Positions 9,603 to 17,877 of a stretch of DNA of 34,843 nt are shown in pieces. Within the stretch, counting starts at the first letter, position 1; each line of letters starts with the position of its first letter. Both the position numbers and the translations under genes were made by a program. Source of the stretch: Hyphomicrobium sp. (lineage in GTDB: Bacteria > Pseudomonadota > Alphaproteobacteria > Rhizobiales > Hyphomicrobiaceae); assembly GCA_025927515.1 (NCBI GenBank), contig JAICLG010000001.1:1-34843 (forward strand). The letters run 5' to 3'. The notes under the pieces were generated by a model that had not been told where the DNA came from, did not search any database, and worked only from the letters and a program-made list of their open reading frames with translations.

Positions 9603-10316
9603 TTGAGCGAACCGATCATCCAACTCGACGACGTGCATTTGACGTTAACGAGCAGAGCCGGGCCCGTGCACATCCTGCGCGGCGTGTCGCTTGATATTGG
9701 GGCCGGACAGCCCGTGGCGATCGTCGGTCCTTCGGGATCCGGGAAGACGTCGCTGCTGATGGTGATGGCCGGTCTCGAACGCGTCACGAGCGGTACCGTC
9801 GCGGTTGGCGGCCATGCCTTGACGCGTCTTTCCGAGGACGAGCTTGCGATGCTGCGTGGCGCCGAGATGGGGATCATCTTTCAATCGTTCCATCTCGTCC
9901 CGACGATGACGGCGCTTGAAAACGTCGCGCTGCCGATGGAGCTTGCAGGCGATCCCAAGGCCTTCGACGCGGCAAGGGGTCTCTTGCAGGAAGTCGGCTT
10001 GGCAGGTCGCGTCGATCATTTTCCGGCGCAGCTTTCCGGTGGAGAACAACAGCGGGTTGCGATTGCCCGCGCCTTGGTGCGCGAGCCGCGCATCATCTTC
10101 GCCGACGAGCCGACCGGCAATCTCGATGGCCGCACGGGCCGCCAGATCATCGATCTTCTGTTCGGATTGCGCGAACGCCGCAATGCAACGCTTGTGATCG
10201 TAACGCACGACGATCATCTCGCGGCGATGGCCGATCGCGTCATTCGCATGTCGGACGGTTCGATCGTTGCCGACGAAACGTCATCGGTTTCGGCTGTGCG
10301 CGCGGTGTCGCCGTGA
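9603..10316 (+). CDS. ybbA: ABC transporter ATP-binding protein (YbbA/LolD-like)
   Basis: [26 protein letters not shown] and VTHD. TTG start. Confidence 0.88.
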   Translation: MSEPIIQLDDVHLTLTSRAGPVHILRGVSLDIGAGQPVAIVGPSGSGKTSLLMVMAGLERVTSGTVAVGGHALTRLSEDELAMLRGAEMGIIFQSFHLVPTMTALENVALPMELAGDPKAFDAARGLLQEVGLAGRVDHFPAQLSGGEQQRVAIARALVREPRIIFADEPTGNLDGRTGRQIIDLLFGLRERRNATLVIVTHDDHLAAMADRVIRMSDGSIVADETSSVSAVRAVSP

Positions 10317-12892
10317 CGTTGGCCCTCGATTCGCGCGCAAATCTTTCGGTCCGCGGCTCCGGCCTGATGACGATCCTGAAGCTCGGCGTGCGCGAGTTGC
10401 GTGGCGGCCTCAAAGGGTTCCGCATCTTCATCGCCTGCCTGGCGCTCGGTGTCATGGTGATCGCAGCCGTCGGCGCGCTCGCGGACGCGCTTCGCGCCGG
10501 TCTCGCGAGCCAGGGCGAGACGATCCTCGGCGGCGACATGACGTTTTCCCGCATGCACATCCGCGCGACGCCTGATGAGCAGGCGCTATTTCGCACGCTC
10601 GGACGCGTCAGTGAAACCGCGACGATGCGCACGATGGCCCGCCGTCTCGATGGTTCCGATCAGGCTCTTGCCGAATTGAAGTCGGTCGATGCCGCCTATC
10701 CTTTGTCAGGCGAGACGACTATCGAAGGCGGAAAATCGTTTGCCGATGCGATCGCGGGTAATGGCGCCGTCGTCGATCCGATGCTTCTCGAACGCCTCGG
10801 CCTTAAAATCGGCGATCGCTTTCGTATCGGAGACGCCGATATCGAAGTTCGCGGCGTTCTGAAAGCGGAGCCCGATGCCGTCGCAGATCGCTTGACCTAC
10901 GGGCCGCGCATTTTCGTTTCCCTGGCGACGCTCGATAAAACGGCGCTCGTGAAACCGGGAACGCTGATCCGTTGGCGCTACGCCGTCAAGCTGCCGCCAA
11001 ATGCTCCGGCAGACCGCGAAACGATGGCAAATATCCGCAAGTCCATCGAGAAGAAAATGCCGACGGGGGGCTTCACCAGCGTCGATCGCTATGATCCCTC
11101 GCCTCAGATCACGCGGACCTTGGAACGCTTGCGCCAGTTCCTGATCCTGATTGGGCTTGCATCGCTTCTGGTCGGCGGCGTCGGCATTGCGAATGCGGTC
11201 GGAACGTTCATCGACAAGCGCATCAAGGTCGTTGCAACGATGCGCAGCGTCGGCGCCTCCGGCGCTCAGATCATCGGCATCTTCCTCGTGCAAATTCTGC
11301 TGATGAGCGCCATCGGAATCGCAATCGGGCTAGCGCTTGGTATTGCCGTGCCGCCCGTAATCGAGAACTTCTACGGCGATCTCTTGCCGATTGACGCAGG
11401 CATTCAGGTATCGCCGGCAAGCCTTGGCCTTGCGGCGCTCTATGGCTTTCTCGTCGCCCTCATTTTCGCGCTGTGGCCGCTCGGACGCGTCGAGAACGTG
11501 CGGGCGGCCGTGCTCTTTCGTGAGTCCGTCAGCGCAGCCGGAGGACGTCCGCGCAATGCCATCATTGCGACGACCGGAGCTTTGGTTGCGTTGCTTTTTG
11601 CGATCGCCGTTCTGACCTCGGAGCCGCATGACATCGCGGTGTACATCGCGATCAGCTTGGTCGTCATGCTCGTGGTGTTCGGACTGCTTGGCAGCGCGAT
11701 CGCACGCCTCGTGCAACGTGTTCCGCGCCCCGCCACACCGGAACTGGCGATCGCGTTGCGCAACATTGCGGCCCCCGACGGACTGACGCGATCGGTCGTG
11801 CTCTCGCTTGGAACGGGGCTTTCGCTGCTCGTCGCCGTCGCGCTCGCGAACGCGGCACTGGTTGCCGACCTTCAGGAGCGTTTGCCGGAAGAAGCGCCGG
11901 ACTACTTTCTTCTCGACATCGGTCCGAAGCAGTTCGACAGCGTGAAGTCCCGCATCGTCGCGGATGTTCCGGGCGCGAGGCTGATCGATGCGCCAATGCT
12001 CCGAGGCCGCCTCGTAGCGCTCAAGGGTACGCCGGTTGAAAACCTCAAAGTCCCAGCCGACGTCCAATGGGTGCTCAATGGCGACCGCGGCCTGAGTTAC
12101 GCCGATACGCTCCCGGAAGGCTCGAAGATCACCGACGGTCAATGGTGGGCCAAGGACTATCACGGTCCGCCGCTCGTCTCGTTCGAAGGCGAAATTGCCA
12201 AAAAGCTCGATCTCGGCATCGGCGACCACGTGACGGTGAACGTCCTTGGCCGCAACATCGAAGCGACGATCGCCAATCTTCGCGAGGTGAACTGGGAGAG
12301 CCTGGCTCTCAACTTCATCATGGTGTTTTCGCCGAACACGCTCGAAGCGGCGCCCCACAACGTCTTGGCGACGCTGCGTTTGCCGCCGAAGACCTCGCGC
12401 GCAACCGAAACGTCGATGGTGCGCGATTTGGGCCGCGCCTATCCGGCAGTCACCGCAATCCGCGTACGCGACGCCATCGATCAGTTCAACAAGATCTTTG
12501 CCAGAGTCATGATCGCCGTTCAGGTCGCGGGGAGCGTCACGCTTGCTGCGGGCGCGCTGGTGCTTGCAGGAGCACTGGCGACGGCCCAGCGGCGGCGAAT
12601 TCTTGAAGCCGTCATTCTGAAGACGATCGGCGCGCGGCGGCGGCAGATCATGAAGGCACACGCCTTCGAATATGCGCTTCTCGCCATCATTGCAGCCCTC
12701 GTCGCTATCGCGCTGGGCAGCCTCGTCGCGTGGATCGCCGTCACATACGTGATGAAAATCGACTTCGTGTTTTCGTTGAACGCTGTTCTCGAGACGCTGA
12801 CGATAGCGGGCCTGATGATCATCGCCTTCGGCGGAATTGGGACGTGGGCGGTCTTGAGAGCGCCCGCAGTCCCCTTCCTGCGCTCAGATTAG
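10313..12892 (+). CDS. ybbP: FtsX/MacB-like ABC permease (YbbP-like)
   Basis: 859 aa with a duplicated FtsX architecture. RELRGG, GVGIANA, LPEEAPDYFLLDI and REVNWESLALNF. Coupled to ybbA by GTGA. Confidence 0.85.
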   Translation: MTLALDSRANLSVRGSGLMTILKLGVRELRGGLKGFRIFIACLALGVMVIAAVGALADALRAGLASQGETILGGDMTFSRMHIRATPDEQALFRTLGRVSETATMRTMARRLDGSDQALAELKSVDAAYPLSGETTIEGGKSFADAIAGNGAVVDPMLLERLGLKIGDRFRIGDADIEVRGVLKAEPDAVADRLTYGPRIFVSLATLDKTALVKPGTLIRWRYAVKLPPNAPADRETMANIRKSIEKKMPTGGFTSVDRYDPSPQITRTLERLRQFLILIGLASLLVGGVGIANAVGTFIDKRIKVVATMRSVGASGAQIIGIFLVQILLMSAIGIAIGLALGIAVPPVIENFYGDLLPIDAGIQVSPASLGLAALYGFLVALIFALWPLGRVENVRAAVLFRESVSAAGGRPRNAIIATTGALVALLFAIAVLTSEPHDIAVYIAISLVVMLVVFGLLGSAIARLVQRVPRPATPELAIALRNIAAPDGLTRSVVLSLGTGLSLLVAVALANAALVADLQERLPEEAPDYFLLDIGPKQFDSVKSRIVADVPGARLIDAPMLRGRLVALKGTPVENLKVPADVQWVLNGDRGLSYADTLPEGSKITDGQWWAKDYHGPPLVSFEGEIAKKLDLGIGDHVTVNVLGRNIEATIANLREVNWESLALNFIMVFSPNTLEAAPHNVLATLRLPPKTSRATETSMVRDLGRAYPAVTAIRVRDAIDQFNKIFARVMIAVQVAGSVTLAAGALVLAGALATAQRRRILEAVILKTIGARRRQIMKAHAFEYALLAIIAALVAIALGSLVAWIAVTYVMKIDFVFSLNAVLETLTIAGLMIIAFGGIGTWAVLRAPAVPFLRSD

Positions 12893-12917
12893 ATTAAATT
12901 AACCGGACCCTTAAGGA

Positions 12918-12948
12918 CTTGAAACCCCAGCATTAGAGGCTCATATCT
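12918..12948 (+). promoter_or_regulatory. Putative RpoH (sigma32) promoter for yccA
   Basis: CTTGAAA (12918-12924), 14 nt, then GCTCATAT, compared with the consensus CTTGAAA-N13-14-CCCCATNT. About 50 nt upstream of the ATG. Confidence 0.6.
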
Positions 12949-12996
12949 TGCGCAAGTGCGGCGGTTTGCGTCGCCAACAATGAGGATTTTACGACC

Positions 12997-13764
12997 ATGG
13001 CTGAAGTTTTTACGCGACCGACAGGGCCATTCGGCGGCGCGAGAACATCCGGCGCGATTGATCAGGGGCTGCGCTCGTTCATGCTCGGCACCTACAATTA
13101 TATGGCGCTTGGCGTGGCCGGTACCGCCGTCATCGTCATGCTGTTGATGGCGAACCCTGCGCTGATGCACGCCATCGCCCTCGGACCGATGAAGTGGGTC
13201 ATTTTCGCGGCTCTCCTGGGCCTCGGCTGGTTCGCGCCTCGCCTGTTCTTCTCGGGTAGCAATACCATGGCGCACGGGGCCTACTGGCTCTACTGCGCGC
13301 TCTGGGGCGTGTTGATTGCGCCGATGATCGAAATGTACGTTGCGCGCGGAATGTCCGCTCTCATCGGGCAGGCGTTCTTCATCGCTGCGGCTACGTTCGC
13401 CGCGACGAGCCTCATCGGCTACACGACCAAAAAGGACATGACGGGCTGGAGTGGCTTCCTATCGATGGCGTCTATCGGACTCATCATTGCGATGCTCGTC
13501 AGCTTCTTCTTCATCACCGATCCGGGTACGAGCAAAACGGTAAGCTTGGGTATCTCGGTGGTCGTCGTTCTGCTCTTCTCGGTCGTCACGGCGTTCGAGA
13601 CGCAGGCGATCAAGTCGATGTACATCGACAATGCGTCTTATGGCGGTGAAGCCCAGCTGAAGCGCTCGTCGATCTTCGGCGCGTTCATGCTCTACGGCTC
13701 GTTCATTACCCTGTTCATTCACATTTTGAACATCCTGGGTATGTTGAACAGCAACAACAACTAG
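12997..13764 (+). CDS. Bax inhibitor-1/YccA family membrane protein
   Basis: IDQGLRSFML..YNYMALG, GYTTKKDM, TAFETQAIK and GAFMLY. About 7 TM helices. GAGG RBS. Confidence 0.9.
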   Translation: MAEVFTRPTGPFGGARTSGAIDQGLRSFMLGTYNYMALGVAGTAVIVMLLMANPALMHAIALGPMKWVIFAALLGLGWFAPRLFFSGSNTMAHGAYWLYCALWGVLIAPMIEMYVARGMSALIGQAFFIAAATFAATSLIGYTTKKDMTGWSGFLSMASIGLIIAMLVSFFFITDPGTSKTVSLGISVVVVLLFSVVTAFETQAIKSMYIDNASYGGEAQLKRSSIFGAFMLYGSFITLFIHILNILGMLNSNNN

Positions 13765-13787
13765 CCGAACACGGCAATTCGAATTGG

Positions 13788-13818
13788 AAAAGGCCCCGGA
13801 TTTCCGGGGCCTTTTTTT
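13788..13818. terminator. Intrinsic, probably bidirectional terminator
   Basis: AAAAGGCCCCGGA-TT-TCCGGGGCC-TTTTTTT between convergent yccA and DUF2794. Confidence 0.85.
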
Positions 13819-13845
13819 GCATTCCGGCATGTCGATGAAAGAGCG

Positions 13846-14232
13846 TTACGGTGCGACGAGATCGAGCCTGTCTTCGAGCACGCTTAAAACCCGCTTGAGA
13901 TCATGCCCGCGCTTCATGATCAGCCCACCGGCGGCGATGACGCTGTAAGCGCCTTGCCGGCGCGCCAGCCGCGGGTCCTTTTCGATCCGGTAAAGCGCGT
14001 ATTCGCTTGCCTTGCGATAGACGGAAAAAACGGCCTTGTCGCGCAAAAGGTCGATCGCGTAGTCGCGCCAAGCTCCGGACGCAACCTTTCGTCCGTAGAG
14101 ATCAAGAATAGCGGTCAGCTCGTGTCTGTCGAAGGAAGTACGCCGTCCGGACTCCGGGCCGATGGATTCGGCAGCTGCGGGTCGGCCCGCGTGTCGCGGG
14201 CGAAAAACTATGGGGTCGGGTGTCTCGTTCAA
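13846..14232 (-). CDS. DUF2794 family protein
   Basis: FDRHEL..IL.LYGR.VA.G.WRDYAID, AVFSVYR, LYRIEKDP and RGHDL..VL. Start placed at TTG 14232, which is uncertain. The longer ORF N-terminus looks non-coding. Confidence 0.82.
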   Translation of the reverse strand: MNETPDPIVFRPRHAGRPAAAESIGPESGRRTSFDRHELTAILDLYGRKVASGAWRDYAIDLLRDKAVFSVYRKASEYALYRIEKDPRLARRQGAYSVIAAGGLIMKRGHDLKRVLSVLEDRLDLVAP

Positions 14233-14407
14233 ATCGGGCCATCCGTTGCTACCTCTGTTGAGGATCGCCCCAATGTGTTTTGAAAGCAAGAGACGCGTGT
14301 CCCAACGCCATTGCATGTGCGACAGCCGGCACTGAAATACCCCGCCCCCGACAAATTGGTGACCCGGCAGGGGCCACAATCTGCCTCATTGGAACGCAAT
14401 ACCCGTC

Positions 14408-14597
14408 GGCGTTGCCCGAGGCTTTGCTTCAACGATGGGCTCTGGACACGCAGCCCCCCCAGCCCCCCGGGGCCACAGTTTCGGAGCTGGGTCTCAGGCA
14501 ACGTCTCACTTCCGTTTCGGCTTCCCCCGCCGAGATGGCTCAAACCTGAAAATAGCGTCGCTCAAAGGGCCAGAATTTTTCCGGCCCTTTCTTTTTT
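14408..14597 (+). ncRNA. Candidate sRNA with C-rich loops
   Basis: Stems 14408-14422/14491-14505 and 14512-14521/14529-14538 (loop TTCCCCC). Most non-canonical pairs are G-U on the + strand. Ends in a terminator. Confidence 0.6.
14564..14597 (+). terminator. Intrinsic terminator upstream of the M3 peptidase gene, ending the candidate sRNA
   Basis: AAAGGGCC...GGCCCTTT followed by CTTTTTT. No + strand CDS lies immediately upstream. Confidence 0.7.
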
Positions 14598-14697
14598 ACA
14601 CATCAGAGATCGTTATTTGATCCTGTCGCAGTCCATATGCTTATATCCTGTGCCAATATAATGTTACAGGGAAGCGAATTTGGACAGTGTTCGCAAC

Positions 14698-16776
14698 ATG
14701 ATACGCAGGCGCAAGACCGCGGCCAAGGCGCCGCCGAAGCTCACGGTGAACCCGCTCACCGCCAAATGGAATGGTGGCTTCGCCATTCCGCCTTTCGAGA
14801 AGATCGAGGTGCGCCACTTCAAACCGGCGCTTGAAGCGGCGTTTCGCGAGCACAACGCCGAAATCGAAAAGATCGCAAAGAATCCCGCGAAGCCGACGTT
14901 CGCGAACACGATCCTAGCCCTTGAAAAGAGCGGTTGGCAGCTCTCCCGTATCGCCTCGCTGTTCTGGAACCTCGAAGCGTCCGACTCGAGCCCCGAGTTG
15001 CAGGAAGTGGCGCGCGACATGGCTCCGCGCTTCGCGGCTCACGAGACGCACGTTCTGCTCGACAAGCGGCTATTCAAGCGCATCGATGATCTGTTCGAGC
15101 GTCGTGAGTCTCTGAAACTCAGCGATGAAGATCGCCGCGTCCTTGAACGCCATCATCTCGAATTCGTTCGTGCCGGCGCCCGCCTCTCGGCAGCCGACAA
15201 AGCGCGCGTCAAGAAAATCAATGCCCGCCTGGCGACGCTCGTCACGCAGTTCATGCAGAACGTGCTCAAGGATGAGCAGTCGTGGCAACTCGTGCTCGAG
15301 GGCGACAACGATCTTTCCGGCCTGCCACCGACGCTGCGCGAAAGCGCGGAACGCGCAGCAGCCGATGCCGGTCTCAAGGGCAAGGCGCTCATCACGTTGG
15401 CGCGTTCCAGCGTCGAAGGCTTTCTGACGTTTTCCGCCCGCCGCGATCTTCGCGAGCAGGCCTTCAACGCCTGGATCAAGCGCGGCGCGACCGATGGCGA
15501 AACCGACAATCGCCAGATCGTCGCCGAAGCCGTTGCGTTGCGCAACGAGTATGCGCGGCTGATGGGATTCAAATCTTTCGCCGAGTTCAGCCTGCAGGAT
15601 ACGATGGCAAAGACTCCCGGCGCCGTCTCAGACCTGTTGAGCGGCGTGTGGATCAAGGCTCTCGAACGCGCCGGAGAAGAACGCGACGCTCTACGCGCCG
15701 AGGCCCAGCGCGCGGGCGACAATTCACCGATCATGCCCTGGGACTGGCGCTACTTCGCCGAAAAGGTGCGCAAAGCCAAATTCGATTTCGACGAGTCAAA
15801 ACTGCAGCCCTATCTCGAACTCGAAAATATGATCGGCGCCGCGTTCGCTTGCGCGACGCGCCTGTTTGGCCTCCGCTTCAAGGAACGCAAGGATCTCCCG
15901 CGCTACCATCCGGAAGTCAGGGTCTGGGAGGTCCTGGACAAAGCCGGCGCCCATGTCGGCATCTTCATGGGCGATTACTTCGCCCGCCCCTCGAAACGTT
16001 CGGGCGCTTGGATGTCGGCGTTCCGCTCGCAGCACAAGCTCGCCAAAGGACAATCGCCGATCATCGTCAACGTGCTGAATTTCGCGAAGGGCGCCGACGG
16101 CGAGCCCGCGCTTCTTTCGTTCGACGATGCACGCACGCTGTTCCACGAATTCGGCCACGCGTTGCACGGGCTTCTGTCCGACGTCACCTATCCGTCAATC
16201 TCCGGAACTGCCGTCTCGCGCGATTTCGTCGAGCTGCCCTCGCAGCTTTACGAGCATTGGCTGTCGACAGCCGAAGTCCTCGGAAAGCATGCGCTCCACT
16301 ACAAGACCGGCAAGCCGATGCCGAAGGCGCTGCGCGACAAGCTCTTTGCCGCCCGGAACTTCAATCAAGGTTTCGCAACGGTCGAATATACCTCCTCGGC
16401 GCTCGTCGATATGGCGCTCTATTCGGCGGAAGGAGATCCGATCGGCGACATTGAGCGGTTCGAAGAGGAGACGCTGAAAGGCATCGGCATGCCTGCGGAA
16501 ATCGTCATGCGCCACCGTCTACCGCACTTCATGCACATTATGTCGGGATACGCCGCGGGGTATTACAGCTACATGTGGTCAGAGGTTATGGATGCCGACG
16601 CGTTCGCGGCGTTCGAGGAAGCAGGCGACGTCTTCCATCGCCCGACGGCAAAGAAGCTCTATGAATTCATTTATTCGGCCGGCAACCGGCGCGATCCGCA
16701 TGCCGCTTACGTCGCCTTCCGCGGCCGCCCGCCAAAAATCGATGGCCTGCTGAAAAAACGTGGGCTGGCGGCCTAG
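14698..16776 (+). CDS. dcp: M3A metallopeptidase (peptidyl-dipeptidase Dcp-like)
   Basis: NPL, PPFEKI, KRSGAWM, FHEFGHALH (HEXXH), RDFVELPSQ and GYAAGYYSYMWSEV. Start uncertain (TTG 14680 or ATG 14698). Confidence 0.9.
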   Translation: MIRRRKTAAKAPPKLTVNPLTAKWNGGFAIPPFEKIEVRHFKPALEAAFREHNAEIEKIAKNPAKPTFANTILALEKSGWQLSRIASLFWNLEASDSSPELQEVARDMAPRFAAHETHVLLDKRLFKRIDDLFERRESLKLSDEDRRVLERHHLEFVRAGARLSAADKARVKKINARLATLVTQFMQNVLKDEQSWQLVLEGDNDLSGLPPTLRESAERAAADAGLKGKALITLARSSVEGFLTFSARRDLREQAFNAWIKRGATDGETDNRQIVAEAVALRNEYARLMGFKSFAEFSLQDTMAKTPGAVSDLLSGVWIKALERAGEERDALRAEAQRAGDNSPIMPWDWRYFAEKVRKAKFDFDESKLQPYLELENMIGAAFACATRLFGLRFKERKDLPRYHPEVRVWEVLDKAGAHVGIFMGDYFARPSKRSGAWMSAFRSQHKLAKGQSPIIVNVLNFAKGADGEPALLSFDDARTLFHEFGHALHGLLSDVTYPSISGTAVSRDFVELPSQLYEHWLSTAEVLGKHALHYKTGKPMPKALRDKLFAARNFNQGFATVEYTSSALVDMALYSAEGDPIGDIERFEEETLKGIGMPAEIVMRHRLPHFMHIMSGYAAGYYSYMWSEVMDADAFAAFEEAGDVFHRPTAKKLYEFIYSAGNRRDPHAAYVAFRGRPPKIDGLLKKRGLAA

Positions 16777-16803
16777 CAAACTCGTTTCTTTAGCACTGAA
16801 TCA

Positions 16804-16833
16804 CGTCATGGCCGCCCTTGAGGCGGCCATCCA
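16804..16833. repeat. REP-like palindrome (CGTCATGGCC...GGCCATCCA type)
   Basis: ATGGCCGCC-CTTGA-GGCGGCCAT perfect 9-bp stem between convergent genes. Confidence 0.55.
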
Positions 16834-16855
16834 GGGCCACAGAATAGGAAGCAGC

Positions 16856-17623
16856 TCACCACAGCCCGGCGAGTGTGCCGCCGATGATCGGCCCGCTGCG
16901 GTCTTCCTGCAGAAGAACAACGATCTTCTGAACCTCGGCCTGCATCAGCGCCGCGCGCGGAAGCTGCACTTGCATCGGCTGGCCCTTCCAGATGCCGATC
17001 GGCGTCAGTTCGCGAACAATATTCGCGTAAGTAAGTGTCTTGCCCTGGTTTTCACCGGCCTTGATGTCGACGCTGCCGGACGTTTGAACGACGCCGAGCC
17101 AGATCGTTGCTTCTCTCGGCGCGTGCCCTTTTTCTTCGCCGCCGAGGGCAAAATTCAGCGTGTTGCGTTCCTGCCAGAAGCGTACGGGAATGTGCTGAGG
17201 ACCCGCCGTGGCGGCCGTTGTCTCAATGGCCTTCTCGATTTCCCCTTCCGAGGCGCCGTTGACGTGGACCTCGCCATTGACGATGGCCTGAGGCGTATAG
17301 ATGGCCCCGTCGCCGCGCGCGCGCGCATAATTCCGTTGACGCTCGCTGTTGCGAGGCGACGCAAACGTGTCCTTCCAGCCCAGATAGTTCCAGTAATCGA
17401 CCGGAAACGACAAAGCGATGATCGAGGGGTCAGTAGAAAGCTTCTTCAGCAGCGCGTCCGCGGGCGGACACAAGGAACAGCCCTGGCTCGTGTAGAGCTC
17501 GACGACGGCACGCGGCGGTGCCAGCGGCTGGCCGGGCCCAGCAGGTTTATTCCCTGACAACGGCTCCGCGCTAGCCGCAGCGAGCGGCATGAGAAGTGCG
17601 AGGACGATACTGAAAAAACGCAT
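16856..17623 (-). CDS. DUF1223 secreted thioredoxin-like protein
   Basis: Signal peptide, VVELYTSQGCSLCPPAD, VDYWNYLGWKD, IYTPQ and GENQG. Confidence 0.9.
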   Translation of the reverse strand: MRFFSIVLALLMPLAAASAEPLSGNKPAGPGQPLAPPRAVVELYTSQGCSLCPPADALLKKLSTDPSIIALSFPVDYWNYLGWKDTFASPRNSERQRNYARARGDGAIYTPQAIVNGEVHVNGASEGEIEKAIETTAATAGPQHIPVRFWQERNTLNFALGGEEKGHAPREATIWLGVVQTSGSVDIKAGENQGKTLTYANIVRELTPIGIWKGQPMQVQLPRAALMQAEVQKIVVLLQEDRSGPIIGGTLAGLW

Positions 17624-17776
17624 TGCTGTTTGCCTGGATGGAGCGACGCGTTCACTCCGTTTGCTGTCTTAACCTCTAGCCGGGCGTTGAAAAAGTGAAA
17701 GGCACGAAAGCCACGTCACGAACGAGTGAGGCACGGGAGATTTCGCCAATCAACGTAAATCGTTACGCGGGCCTAT

Positions 17777-17859
17777 CCTTCTCTCTCGGGAGAAGCTGGC
17801 CGAATGCCGGATAAGGGGCGTAGGACGTTGGCCCTGCGCCCTCTCCCCGGGACGGGAAG
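17777..17859. repeat. Degenerate intergenic palindromic repeat (CCTTCTC..GGGAGAAG..GGCCG..CCGGAT.AGGGG type)
   Basis: Hairpin CTTCTCTC-TC-GGGAGAAG, then TGGCCGAATGCCGGATAAGGGG, then a decayed second arm CCCTCTCCCCGGGACGGGAAG. Directly downstream of acnA. Confidence 0.45.
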
Positions 17860-17877
17860 CCCGCCTCGCGACCCGCC

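Noticed and set aside
12889-12914. CtrA-like TTAA repeats before yccA
   Set aside because: Spacing is N6 or N8 rather than the canonical TTAA-N7-TTAA.
14391-14413. EcfG/sigmaT-like promoter GGAAC...CGTT for the sRNA
   Set aside because: Spacer is 14 nt, shorter than the 16-17 nt expected.
14229-14661. Several 60-116 aa ORFs in the DUF2794-dcp gap
   Set aside because: No RBS or family motifs, and they cross a terminator. RNA structure explains the region better.
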